This document shows, piece after piece, positions 46,045-54,924 of a stretch of DNA of 64,000 nucleotides; the first letter of the stretch is position 1, and each line of letters begins with the position of its first letter. The stretch covers positions 124,001-188,000 of IMG/VR virus record IMGVR_UViG_3300025770_001492. One strand, written 5' to 3'. The notes beneath the pieces are model-generated. The model searched no databases, was not told where the DNA came from, and worked only from the letters and a program-made list of their open reading frames with translations. The position numbers and the translations under genes are program-made.

Positions 46045-46419
46045 ATGATTATAAAAAAATCCGAGACGTTTGAGGTAAGGCTGTACATTGGTTCAATGTT
46101 CGGGTATCACGGAGATAATTTCACAAAAGAAGAACTCAAAAAAGAAGTCGGATTTATACAGAAACAATTTAAAGAAAAATATACATTTGAGTCGGGGGTT
46201 ATACCTGTAAGGATGACACAAACGGAATTCATATCAGAAGACTACTCAGAAAAAGGCTGGGAGTTAGCTGCGATAAATTATCCACGATTCGAAAAAGCCG
46301 AGTCCACAATTACTGTATTCATGTACGAATTAGCAAGGCATTTGCTAGTGAGATTCAACCAACACCGAATCAGTTTAATCACGCCTGAAGAAACTGTGTT
46401 GTTTGAAGAAGAAAAATAG
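46045..46419 (+). CDS. hypothetical protein
   Basis: INYPRF-containing ORF in operon. Confidence 0.7.
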   Translation: MIIKKSETFEVRLYIGSMFGYHGDNFTKEELKKEVGFIQKQFKEKYTFESGVIPVRMTQTEFISEDYSEKGWELAAINYPRFEKAESTITVFMYELARHLLVRFNQHRISLITPEETVLFEEEK

Positions 46420-46433
46420 GTTATCATTTCAAA

Positions 46434-47888
46434 ATGAAGAAAGCTGTAATAAAGGTTCAAAACTGCTATTCTTGGTTAAACACCAATTGTGATGATACCC
46501 GAATAAATCTTTGGAAAGCCCTTAGACATAGAGAAAAAGGGTATTTTCACAGTCGTCTTTATAAACAAAGGCTGTGGGATGGATATACAGAGTTTTTCAA
46601 AAAAGAAAGTGGAAGATTTTTATCTGGCCTACTGCCAGAGGTTACTGCTGCTTTAGATCATTGGAAAATACCTCATACCATTATCGATGAGAGAGGTGAG
46701 CCTGAATTTTTGTATGACGAAATTGGCTCGGACTTCTTGGATCAATGGATTCATCACCTTCCTCAGAAAGATCAAGATCGATGGCAAGGAATGCGTGACT
46801 ATCAAATTGATCTCACCAATCAAGTCATCAAACACAAGAGAGGTGTTGTTTTTGCCCCAACCTCAGCAGGTAAAACTGCAATCATGGTTGCAATTTTAAA
46901 AACAATTCCTGAAAACGTGCCAACTCTTATTCTTGCAAATAAGAAAAGCCTTTGTGATCAAAACTATGATGCCTTGACAAGCTGGGGATTTGAAAATGTC
47001 GGACGACTTTATGACAAGTACAAAGATCCAAACATCTTCACATGTGCGACTGTACAATCTTTGCATAAAATAGAAAAGTTAATTCCTAAAGTTAAAGTCA
47101 TGGTAGTGGATGAAATTCATGACATGATGAGTAAGACGCCAAAGAAGTTTTACACAAAAATGAAAAACTGCTCGGTTAGAGTAGCCGTCAGTGCTACGCC
47201 TTTTAAATTTGGCGGAAAAGATAAAACACAAAAGTTCTCTGTAAAAGGCCACTTTGGACCTGTGCTTAAAACAAAGTCAGCAGATAACGACAAGGGAATC
47301 CTTACAACAAAGACTCTTCAAGATAGAGGAATCTTATCTTCTTGTAACTGTACGTTCTATCCAGTGAAAGAACCTCAGATTCCGTATGATATTTATCTTG
47401 ATGCAGTAACCAATGGTATAGCTGAGAGTTGGCATTTTCACGACATTGTGAGCCGATTGGCTAGATCTTTGAAGGGCAGAACCCTTATCTTGGTCGAAAG
47501 ACTTGCACACGGAGAAGCCTTGCAAAGTCTGATTCCTGATGCTTTATGGGTTCGTGGAGAAGATAACCTAGATGCAAGAAAAGATGTCATCGACCAGCTA
47601 CAGTACTCTAAAGGCAATAAAATAGCAATCGCCACCCAAGGTATTTTCAATGCTGGGATCAACGTGTTTGTCCACAATCTTATCAATGCGGCTGGAGGAC
47701 AAGCAGATCACCAGATTATACAGCGATTTGGGCGAGGATTGAGACTTGCATCTGATAAAGACGGACTTGAATACTATGATTTTGTTTTCGATATAAATGA
47801 ATATTTGCTAGATCATTCAAAGAAAAGAATTAAAATTATAAAGAATGAAGGACATAAAGTAGATATTCGTGAAGAATTAGACTTTTAA
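46434..47888 (+). CDS. uvsW: UvsW-like SF2 helicase
   Basis: WDGY, RDYQ, PTSAGKT, DEIH, SATP, GINV, QRFGRGLR. Confidence 0.88.
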   Translation: MKKAVIKVQNCYSWLNTNCDDTRINLWKALRHREKGYFHSRLYKQRLWDGYTEFFKKESGRFLSGLLPEVTAALDHWKIPHTIIDERGEPEFLYDEIGSDFLDQWIHHLPQKDQDRWQGMRDYQIDLTNQVIKHKRGVVFAPTSAGKTAIMVAILKTIPENVPTLILANKKSLCDQNYDALTSWGFENVGRLYDKYKDPNIFTCATVQSLHKIEKLIPKVKVMVVDEIHDMMSKTPKKFYTKMKNCSVRVAVSATPFKFGGKDKTQKFSVKGHFGPVLKTKSADNDKGILTTKTLQDRGILSSCNCTFYPVKEPQIPYDIYLDAVTNGIAESWHFHDIVSRLARSLKGRTLILVERLAHGEALQSLIPDALWVRGEDNLDARKDVIDQLQYSKGNKIAIATQGIFNAGINVFVHNLINAAGGQADHQIIQRFGRGLRLASDKDGLEYYDFVFDINEYLLDHSKKRIKIIKNEGHKVDIREELDF

Positions 47889-47904
47889 ACATAAATAATT
47901 TATT

Positions 47905-49884
47905 ATGTTTAGAAATTGGATAGAAAATAAAGAACAGTTAAATAAATCGGTCAACAAGTCAATTGACGAAATTGTTTATGGCGATATGGATGAAAAGACA
48001 GATGCTCTGTCTAAAAAAGAGCATCCTCTCTTTAAAGGAAGATTTAAGGTAGACCCACCACCTTCCAACACCTCGAAAGAAACTATCGAGGAACTTAAAG
48101 AGCTAGAAAAGATGAGTCATTTTAAGTCCAAAGATATCATGAAAGATATGAAGGATTTTGATGTGGCTCAAGTCAAGCCATTTGAAGATTATCTTAAACA
48201 AAATTCTCTAGATTTCGATTTCAAAATGCTTAACAAAATACTTAAGCAAGGCGAAATACTTGGACTAAAGCTTAAAAAGAAGTTCAACAGACCAAGACCG
48301 CATCAGATCGCACCCAAGATGGGTCTAAACATAATGTATCATGATTTGAAAACAGACGATACGCCAGCTTATCCTTCAAATCACTCTTTGATTTCTTCTT
48401 TAATTGCTCTATATCTTTCTTCGCTATATCCGAAACATGAAAAAGGATTCATGGACATTGCAGACAGGATCGGAATTAGCCGATTATATGGAGGGACTCA
48501 TTATCGAAGCGATCATGATTCTGCAAGGAAACTAGCTAAGGACATCATGAAGTCTTGGAAACCTGCTGTTAAGCCTGCAAAATATTCGTTCACTGAGTGG
48601 ATGCTGAAGCTCGAAGACCAAGGTATCCACGCATTCATGCGAGTGGCAAGTGAAAAATATAAAGACGACAGAAGTAAAGACATTCTTGTTATTTATGGAA
48701 ATACGACGCCAATTAAAGACAAACTAAAAGAAATAACAAAATTTACTTGGAACCAAGGTGGCTATTGGAGCACGGGCAGGTGGAGTCTGAATAATGATGT
48801 GATTCAAAAACTCATAGAGCTAACTGGAATAACTGATTTGAAAGAAATCATAGATGCTGGACCGCAATTTAACGCTGATTCGACTGAGGCAGAAGAAGAG
48901 AAAGATGCACCCAAGAGTCAAGTTGATGCGATTCTTGGTAACATGGAACAGGAAATTGAAAACGCTAAAGGCAAAGCGGGCGGTAAAGCAAAACAAATTC
49001 TCACCATGATTGAAAACTATCTTGAAAAATTGGCCAACTTGGTTGATGAAGAAATCAAATCAGGATTCGTTAAAGACTTTATGCGGTTTGCTGCTAAATT
49101 CCACAACTACTCTTTCAATAATCAAATGTTGATTTACGCACAAAAGAAAGATGCAACTTACGTAAACTCTGAAAGTCGTTGGCTTAAACTCGGAAGAGCA
49201 GTTACCAATAAGGATCAAGGAATTATAATTCTTGCGCCTATGACAGGAAAGAAAAAAGAAAAAGATGCAGATTTAGAGGGGCAAAAGGAAGAAAGAAAAT
49301 TTGTATTCTTCAGACCCGTTAAAGTTTATGATATTTCTTCAACACAAGTCATATCAGGACAAGAAGACAAGGCAAAAGTGTTTGAGCCAAATGATTGGCG
49401 ACAAGATACTGATGAAAACACTGAAGAACTTACCCTGCTCATCAATGCAGGAATAGAAATAGCCAAGCAAAAAGATATATCTATCGACTATGAGGAACTA
49501 GCTCAAGGTACGGGCGGCTACTCTGCGGGTGGAAAGATTGTAATCAACAACACCTATGGTGGAATCAACAAGTTTAGCACTCTCGTACATGAACTCGCCC
49601 ATGAAATACTCCATCAAGTAATGAAGCCAGAAGAAAGAGCAAAAGAAAACAAAAGAGATTTTGAATATGATGCTGAATCTGTGGCCTATATCGTTCTTCA
49701 ATACTTTGGATTTGAAACCAAAGACTCTCCAAGATATATCGCTCTATGGAAAGGCGACAGCAAAGCAGTTAAAGGAAGAAGAGAAAATATCAGCAAAGCA
49801 TCAAAGGAAATCATTCAAGGCATAAAAAAGAATGTCGAGGATATGGTAATTCAAGATGATCTCCCTGAAGAAGATGCTGCCTAA
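47905..49884 (+). CDS. polyvalent fusion: PAP2-type phosphatase + ArdC-N ssDNA-binding + zincin metallopeptidase
   Basis: K..FNRPRP / YPSNH / SR..G.HY.SD; FHNYSFNNQMLI..Q..AT..W..LGR.V; HELAH...EYDAES. Confidence 0.85.
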   Translation: MFRNWIENKEQLNKSVNKSIDEIVYGDMDEKTDALSKKEHPLFKGRFKVDPPPSNTSKETIEELKELEKMSHFKSKDIMKDMKDFDVAQVKPFEDYLKQNSLDFDFKMLNKILKQGEILGLKLKKKFNRPRPHQIAPKMGLNIMYHDLKTDDTPAYPSNHSLISSLIALYLSSLYPKHEKGFMDIADRIGISRLYGGTHYRSDHDSARKLAKDIMKSWKPAVKPAKYSFTEWMLKLEDQGIHAFMRVASEKYKDDRSKDILVIYGNTTPIKDKLKEITKFTWNQGGYWSTGRWSLNNDVIQKLIELTGITDLKEIIDAGPQFNADSTEAEEEKDAPKSQVDAILGNMEQEIENAKGKAGGKAKQILTMIENYLEKLANLVDEEIKSGFVKDFMRFAAKFHNYSFNNQMLIYAQKKDATYVNSESRWLKLGRAVTNKDQGIIILAPMTGKKKEKDADLEGQKEERKFVFFRPVKVYDISSTQVISGQEDKAKVFEPNDWRQDTDENTEELTLLINAGIEIAKQKDISIDYEELAQGTGGYSAGGKIVINNTYGGINKFSTLVHELAHEILHQVMKPEERAKENKRDFEYDAESVAYIVLQYFGFETKDSPRYIALWKGDSKAVKGRRENISKASKEIIQGIKKNVEDMVIQDDLPEEDAA

Positions 49885-49919
49885 ATTGAAGAACTTGTTC
49901 AAGAAGTTTCAGTATTGAT

Positions 49920-50129
49920 TCATTCGTAGTGACCTCCGAAGACCATATTGAGGCCGTATGGTTGGGTAGGAGGTTGAGTAACGACAACAGTATCTCCAAT
50001 TAGTTCCGGGTTGGATTTTGGTACGTTGATTAGAAGAGTTGTGCCATCTGGATAGATGACTTCTATACAGAAGTCTTTGTCCGTGTCTAGGTCCGAACGG
50101 TGTTTGGTTTGAATCATAGTTGTAGTCAT
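49920..50129 (-). CDS. small hypothetical protein
   Basis: Coupled (ATGA) to the upstream gene. Confidence 0.55.
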   Translation of the reverse strand: MTTTMIQTKHRSDLDTDKDFCIEVIYPDGTTLLINVPKSNPELIGDTVVVTQPPTQPYGLNMVFGGHYE

Positions 50130-50635
50130 CGTTGGTTAAGAGCATTTCCGGGGCATTGTTCGATTGCAGGAGCAACTTTTATCCAAAGCTTTTCGGGCGG
50201 GATCTTGTAATGAAGTCTCAAATCTTGACATATCCAAGACTGCTGGCCAGACAAAAGCTTGAAAGCACAGTTCTCTTCATCTGGAAAAGGAATGACATTG
50301 TAAATATCGCCACCATATTTTTCTTCAATCCACTCCAAACACACATCTGCATCTGGAAAGACTTCTTCAGAAAAATAAAGAAGAAACCCATCTTCTGGAC
50401 TCTTAATCGACTTCTGACTGGCCGCTTCGGTGACAAGCCGGTCAGCACCAACTACGATTGGAGATAATCCTTGCCCCACTGAGCCAGCAGGAGCGAAGTT
50501 ATGCCGGTTTCCAGATGCATCGTCCCACACCCAAGCATTTTTGTGCTTGTATGGCTTGACTACATTGATGCCTTGAATTTTTTCAAATTCAAAATCCTCA
50601 GAAGATTCATTCTGACTATTGAATATCTTGCTCAT
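50126..50635 (-). CDS. DUF6717-like protein
   Basis: I.V.KPY...WV.DD, V.GAD, F.L.FS...FP, W.C..L..Y...PE.L. Confidence 0.6.
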   Translation of the reverse strand: MSKIFNSQNESSEDFEFEKIQGINVVKPYKHKNAWVWDDASGNRHNFAPAGSVGQGLSPIVVGADRLVTEAASQKSIKSPEDGFLLYFSEEVFPDADVCLEWIEEKYGGDIYNVIPFPDEENCAFKLLSGQQSWICQDLRLHYKIPPEKLWIKVAPAIEQCPGNALNQR

Positions 50636-51194
50636 TTGGACAACCTGTGATTTCTCTTAATGCTTTTTCGAACTTGTTCAAAGAAACTCTAACAAATGCG
50701 TTTAAAATCCATCTGCGAGTATTGTTGCTCTTCAACATTACCCAGGCTTTCATATCTACATTTGTACTTTTTTTATCCTTATAAATCAATACGATTGTCT
50801 CATATCTTCTGTATTTTTTGTTGCTTCCTGCGAGTTTTGTTTCTATTTTCATAGACTTAAAATCAACAGAAATCTTCTCCTCTAATTTTAAAACTACTTT
50901 TTCTCTGAGAACTGTTGTCTCAATCTCTTTTATAGAAAAAATCTCCAAAACACTGTTGATGCCTTCGCTATCTATCCTTAAAGAATATCTGGAAGAACGT
51001 ATTTTCGAACTTAATAGTTTTTGACCATTTTTAGCGTAAAGATCATTCTTGTTAGAAAGGATGTCCACAATAACATCCTTGAACTCTTTATTGAGAGTAA
51101 AGTCTAATTTAGAATTTGGAGCTTCATCCGCTGCTCTGCAAGCCCCCGTTAACATTAATAAAAATATTAATGACCTAGTTATTGCCTTCTTCAT
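50616..51194 (-). CDS. exported protein with signal peptide
   Basis: GGAGG RBS; MKKAITRSLIFLLMLTGACRA. Confidence 0.65.
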   Translation of the reverse strand: MKKAITRSLIFLLMLTGACRAADEAPNSKLDFTLNKEFKDVIVDILSNKNDLYAKNGQKLLSSKIRSSRYSLRIDSEGINSVLEIFSIKEIETTVLREKVVLKLEEKISVDFKSMKIETKLAGSNKKYRRYETIVLIYKDKKSTNVDMKAWVMLKSNNTRRWILNAFVRVSLNKFEKALREITGCPNEQDIQ

Positions 51195-51243
51195 ATTATC
51201 ACCTCCGTGGCGATAATATCTATGCAATTTAGTTAAAATATCC

Positions 51244-51462
51244 TTAAGATGCAACAAATATCCGAATCCCGTGAAGAACTAATTCTTGTCGGGATTCTGA
51301 AATGTAGTATGTAGAACCTTTTGGACCCTGAACTCTTGCATAATCTTGTCTCATCGGAGAAAGTCTTTGGAGTTCATCGGCCTTATCAAAGGCATCTTCT
51401 ATATTTTCGAAAAAACTAATAGTTCGCCACTCTGATGGCGTTTGTATCTGAACTTGAAACAT
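51244..51462 (-). CDS. hypothetical protein
   Basis: ORF in minus-strand run. Confidence 0.55.
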   Translation of the reverse strand: MFQVQIQTPSEWRTISFFENIEDAFDKADELQRLSPMRQDYARVQGPKGSTYYISESRQELVLHGIRIFVAS

Positions 51463-51510
51463 TTTGAAGTTTATTTAATGCTGAATGTAGTTTATCCAAT
51501 GATGTCACCA

Positions 51511-52083
51511 TTAGTTCTTGTCTCGATTTCCATTCACCTCTAGATCCTCTAGTTTTAAAAGCGGTTGCCAAGGGACGCCACGTTGAGCTAGTAGCTTTTC
51601 CGCACCCTCTTGTCTGTCAATGATGGTGATCGCTTTAATCACCTCGGCACCAAAGTCGCTAATCTTATCAAAGGCATCTGCCAGTGTCTCTCCACTAGCT
51701 GCTACGTCGTCTACTAAGATTACTTTGTCCTTTGGTTGCACTGTTCCAAGGGGCTTGTCTTCGCCTTTTCTAATAAGAAAAGCTCGCAAGTCTTTTCCTA
51801 CTCGTCCTTGATTATAGCAAAATGCTCCAACGATTGGCGCAGAACCTAAACTAGGACCACCAATTGCATCAAATTCAGTTCTAAATGTTCTTCCGACATC
51901 TGTCATATACAGGACGCCCCACATGGCTTTAACTATTTCAAACACTCCCTCAGCCGATAAGGTTAACTTTTTGCAGTCAAAATAAAAATTTGTTTCATCT
52001 CCGTTTGGAAGAGTGAAATCTCCGTATTCTAAAGCATGTTTTTTAACAGCCTGTATTAAACTGTCTTTTTCTTTATTCTTCAT
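51511..52083 (-). CDS. pyrE: orotate phosphoribosyltransferase
   Basis: GDFTL..G....YFDCK, IGGPSLG, RK, VILVDDV..SG, IIDRQEG. Confidence 0.85.
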   Translation of the reverse strand: MKNKEKDSLIQAVKKHALEYGDFTLPNGDETNFYFDCKKLTLSAEGVFEIVKAMWGVLYMTDVGRTFRTEFDAIGGPSLGSAPIVGAFCYNQGRVGKDLRAFLIRKGEDKPLGTVQPKDKVILVDDVAASGETLADAFDKISDFGAEVIKAITIIDRQEGAEKLLAQRGVPWQPLLKLEDLEVNGNRDKN

Positions 52084-52510
52084 TGTTTTTCCTCATTTTA
52101 GCTACAACTGATTTGACTATGTCTCCCTCAACCGGAGCACCCTGTTGCTTCAGTTTTTGCATCGCCATCCCCATTGCTTGACCTTCAGATTTAACGCTCG
52201 AAAAATTTAACCCTTCTTTGAGTATGAACTCTTCAACCTGATCCGCTGACCAATATTGAGGCAACAAGGAGTTTAAAGCCTCGTTTTCCTTGTTTAAACG
52301 AGTAAACCTTTCGTCATCTTGAGATAAATGAGCCAAACATTCATCGTTCGATTTGATGAGCTTCTTCACTATGTTGTGGCCACGATCATCCGTCAAAGCT
52401 TTCATCTCTTGCTGACATTCGCCTAAAACACAGCGAAAAATGTCTTTTTCAACTGATCTGAAGGGTGCTTTGTTTAATGCTTCTTTTAACTTTGTTTCAA
52501 AATTCATCAT
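52073..52510 (-). CDS. GatB/YqeY domain protein
   Basis: LKEAL..R..LGE..KKLIK...E...L..LLPQ...G.AMG..M. Confidence 0.75.
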   Translation of the reverse strand: MMNFETKLKEALNKAPFRSVEKDIFRCVLGECQQEMKALTDDRGHNIVKKLIKSNDECLAHLSQDDERFTRLNKENEALNSLLPQYWSADQVEEFILKEGLNFSSVKSEGQAMGMAMQKLKQQGAPVEGDIVKSVVAKMRKNNEE

Positions 52511-52842
52511 TTTTTACTTTCTTCCTTAATTCCTTCAAATACATTTCCCACGACAAATTTTGAGATTTGTTTATAAAGTGGAATATTGCCGAACCAAAAA
52601 CAACCACTTCTATACTCAATCTCGTATTTAAGATGACTATATGATTCGTCCAATGACGGAACACACAAATCACCCTCATAAACATCTACACCATTTTGAT
52701 CTTTGAGTCCTGTGTATCGCTGGAGATGTATATCATTGTCGTAGTTGTGATGACATTGATTTTCCTCAAACCAATACAGGTCGTCAATCATTTCCATTTC
52801 TTTTCGACGTGTATTCCACGCCCTGAATTTAATCTCTCTCAT
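52507..52842 (-). CDS. YopX family protein
   Basis: MREIKFRAW, YTGLKD.NG..YEGD, VVGNVFE. Confidence 0.88.
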   Translation of the reverse strand: MREIKFRAWNTRRKEMEMIDDLYWFEENQCHHNYDNDIHLQRYTGLKDQNGVDVYEGDLCVPSLDESYSHLKYEIEYRSGCFWFGNIPLYKQISKFVVGNVFEGIKEESKK

Positions 52843-53108
52843 ACCGATTCAGCCCTTATGTAATTTATATTTTCAATCAAATGACTCGTGACTCGTTTGG
52901 AATATTCCAAATATTGTCGTTCAAATTCTTTAAGATCTTTACAAGATAGGTAAACAGGAAGTCGATTTGGTTCGTCAACTCCACCAAATGGAATTCGCCA
53001 TTTAGCCGTGCCTTCATAATCGATGTTCATATTTCCATTGAGGTAATCACGTAAAGTGATTTCCTCGTTTTCATGAATGTAAACGAACTCTTCAAGCGGC
53101 ATTTTCAT
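52839..53108 (-). CDS. hypothetical protein
   Basis: GAGG RBS. Confidence 0.65.
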   Translation of the reverse strand: MKMPLEEFVYIHENEEITLRDYLNGNMNIDYEGTAKWRIPFGGVDEPNRLPVYLSCKDLKEFERQYLEYSKRVTSHLIENINYIRAESV

Positions 53109-53127
53109 ATAGAATTCCTCTGTGTAT

Positions 53128-53183
53128 AAAAAAAGCCAGAAGCATTATCCTACTAAGTAGGACTTGATCTTTGCTTCTGACTT
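53128..53183 (-). terminator. terminator after tRNA pair
   Basis: CAGAAGCA/TGCTTCTG stem with inner CCTACT/AGTAGG and U-tract on -. Confidence 0.55.
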
Positions 53184-53186
53184 CAG

Positions 53187-53260
53187 TAGGGCCGACTGGA
53201 CTCGAACCAGTAACCGCCGGTTTATGAGACCGGTGAACTAACCAATTGTTCTACAGCCCC
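53187..53260 (-). tRNA. tRNA with CAT anticodon (elongator Met or Ile2); CCA not encoded
   Basis: GGGGCTG/CGGCCCT acceptor, CCGGT-CTCATAA-ACCGG anticodon arm, ACTGG-TTCGAGT-CCAGT T-arm. Confidence 0.92.
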
Positions 53261-53366
53261 GTGTGGGTGTCATCATACCGATTCTTGTTCTGCTTGTAAA
53301 GTGTTTTCTGATAAGATCAGGTCCCACTTTGTTTTATAAAGATCTTCAATCAAAAAATTAAGATAG

Positions 53367-53637
53367 TAGGAACGGCGGGACTCGAACCCGCACTGGATGG
53401 ATTTTCTTACTACTACAACTTTCGTTGCCATTTCTGTTTGTAGTCTGGACTTTATCTTCACCATGTCTTTCGATTTAGGTGGAACCCGTCAAGTCTCTAC
53501 ACCACTCCCAAAAAGGGTTCGGCTCGGTATTGCCATTTTACAGGTTTCACCGAATTTGGGTTCTCCACTTTATACGTTTCCGCATAAAGGCTCAAATTAC
53601 TCAAGTCCATTGACTCTGCCAATTGGTCTACGTTCCC
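53367..53637 (-). tRNA. trnL: tRNA-Leu(UAA), intron-split (exons 53603..53637 and 53367..53405)
   Basis: GGGAACG/CGTTCCT acceptor; spliced anticodon arm ATGGA-CTT^AAAA-TCCAT; GCGGG-TTCGAGT-CCCGC. Confidence 0.9.
53406..53602 (-). mobile_element. group I (IC3-like) intron, 197 nt, no homing ORF
   Basis: P1 with U.G, P AATTCGGTGAAA, Q AATACCGAGC, R GTGTAGAGACTTGACGG, S AAGATAAAGTCC, terminal G. Confidence 0.92.
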
Positions 53638-53641
53638 TCTT

Positions 53642-53797
53642 TTACTTTTTGCCTACTTCGTCTCTTTCGTGAGACCAAGTAGGATAACCAACCTTCTCAA
53701 AGACTACGCTTTGAGAAGTTTTCAACCATTTTTTGTATATCAAAATTCCATTGTGATATACAAAGAGTTGATCGTCTTTTATTTCTTTATAGATCAT
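53642..53797 (-). CDS. 51-aa protein not in the ORF track
   Basis: MIYKEIKDDQLFVYHNGILIYKKWLKTSQSVVFEK...; ATG directly after the rmlC stop. Confidence 0.6.
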   Translation of the reverse strand: MIYKEIKDDQLFVYHNGILIYKKWLKTSQSVVFEKVGYPTWSHERDEVGKK

Positions 53798-54256
53798 CTA
53801 ATCAATCTTAAATTTTGATTCATTTTCGTGTTCATGCCGAATTTCATCTACTGGGTATTTTTTACCTGGACCGGCATATAATTGGTTTGGCGCATTGAAT
53901 ACCAAGCCATCATTTTCAGAAACACATTTATAGCCATGCACTACGCCTGGCGGAACGATAACACTAATAGGATTTGACTCTCCCACCAAGTGAACTTCAT
54001 AAAACCCACTAGATCTATTATCCCAAAGATGCAATTCAAAATCGCCAGGACCTACGAAACAAAATAGATCTGTTTGATAATGATGTTCGTGGGGTCCACG
54101 AGTTACATTTGGTTTTGTCCAGCTAATGTACGCCATTACTGGTTGGTGTAAAGTTTTGAGTTCATCATCCCGAAACAATTCAAACAGAAAACCTCTGTTA
54201 TCTTCATTTTTAGGAATTGAATTGATGACTACTCCGTAAATTTTTGTTTCATTCAT
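53798..54256 (-). CDS. rmlC: dTDP-4-dehydrorhamnose 3,5-epimerase-like cupin
   Basis: DNRGFLFELFR, RGPHEH..QTD, VPPGVVHGY. Confidence 0.82.
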   Translation of the reverse strand: MNETKIYGVVINSIPKNEDNRGFLFELFRDDELKTLHQPVMAYISWTKPNVTRGPHEHHYQTDLFCFVGPGDFELHLWDNRSSGFYEVHLVGESNPISVIVPPGVVHGYKCVSENDGLVFNAPNQLYAGPGKKYPVDEIRHEHENESKFKID

Positions 54257-54672
54257 ATTTTGAAATATCTCTTTGTTCTTTCGATAAATTCTTCCATTGG
54301 ATTTTCAAGAGTTTTTGGGACTGGACGACCGGCCACTGACATATCCAGCATCATGTCCTCTGGGATTGCTCGCTCAAGGGCGTATCGTTGGCCGACTTTT
54401 GAGTAGAACTTTTCACTTTTTCGGCAAAGTGCCCACCCAATTCGCACTTTACCGTCTTTTCCACGGTAAGCGGCCAATACTCCAACGGGAGCAGATTTTC
54501 CAATCTTTACAGAAAACCCATTTTTCGTTTCAGTTAAACAAACTGGTGTGGGTCCTTTTCGAACATATTTAATGATGACATCCGTTTCGTTTCGAAAGGA
54601 TTTACACCAATCATTACATTCTTGAACGAAGTCTTGCTTGCTTCGAATTTTCTTTTCGATAGTCAAAGTCAT
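54253..54672 (-). CDS. hypothetical phage protein
   Basis: AGGAG RBS; IGWALC..E.F...G...ALER. Confidence 0.7.
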   Translation of the reverse strand: MTLTIEKKIRSKQDFVQECNDWCKSFRNETDVIIKYVRKGPTPVCLTETKNGFSVKIGKSAPVGVLAAYRGKDGKVRIGWALCRKSEKFYSKVGQRYALERAIPEDMMLDMSVAGRPVPKTLENPMEEFIERTKRYFKI

Positions 54673-54707
54673 TTCAATATCTCCTAAAAGGTTTTAGTGC
54701 CTTTGAA

Positions 54708-54908
54708 TCAGACACGAACGTACCTGAAATTGTTATCCTCTAGAACTATACCGTTGATTTCTGCGATGTAAAGTATTCCTTCGAGAGAAACTTCTAGTTG
54801 TGCAGCATCAATAATAGATTCTGCTTCTTCTTCGTCCAAATCACCACCACAGACGAGATTTGCAACGATTCGATTGAGTTTATTCCACGCTTCATCTCTA
54901 GTCATCAT
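54708..54908 (-). CDS. hypothetical protein
   Basis: GGAG RBS. Confidence 0.6.
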   Translation of the reverse strand: MMTRDEAWNKLNRIVANLVCGGDLDEEEAESIIDAAQLEVSLEGILYIAEINGIVLEDNNFRYVRV

Positions 54909-54924
54909 ACAACTCCATCCAGTT

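Noticed and set aside
42801-52083. Bacterial chromosome origin suggested by pyrB, pyrE, guaC and hldE
   Set aside because: These are isolated among T4-like core genes, fibre genes and small hypotheticals without their bacterial operon partners
52839-53284. TCATACCGATTC repeated at 52839 and ~53273 as an att site or target duplication
   Set aside because: Only 12 bp, no integrase nearby, and not part of a tRNA 3' end
53400-53610. Alternative splice giving a GAA (Phe) anticodon
   Set aside because: It would need the intron to end in A rather than the obligatory terminal G and would break the P1 U.G pair
53273-53672. ORFs 53273..53464(-) and 53397..53672(+) as an intron-encoded homing endonuclease
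   Set aside because: They overlap tRNA exons and the ribozyme core, have no nuclease motifs, and the intron is only 197 nt
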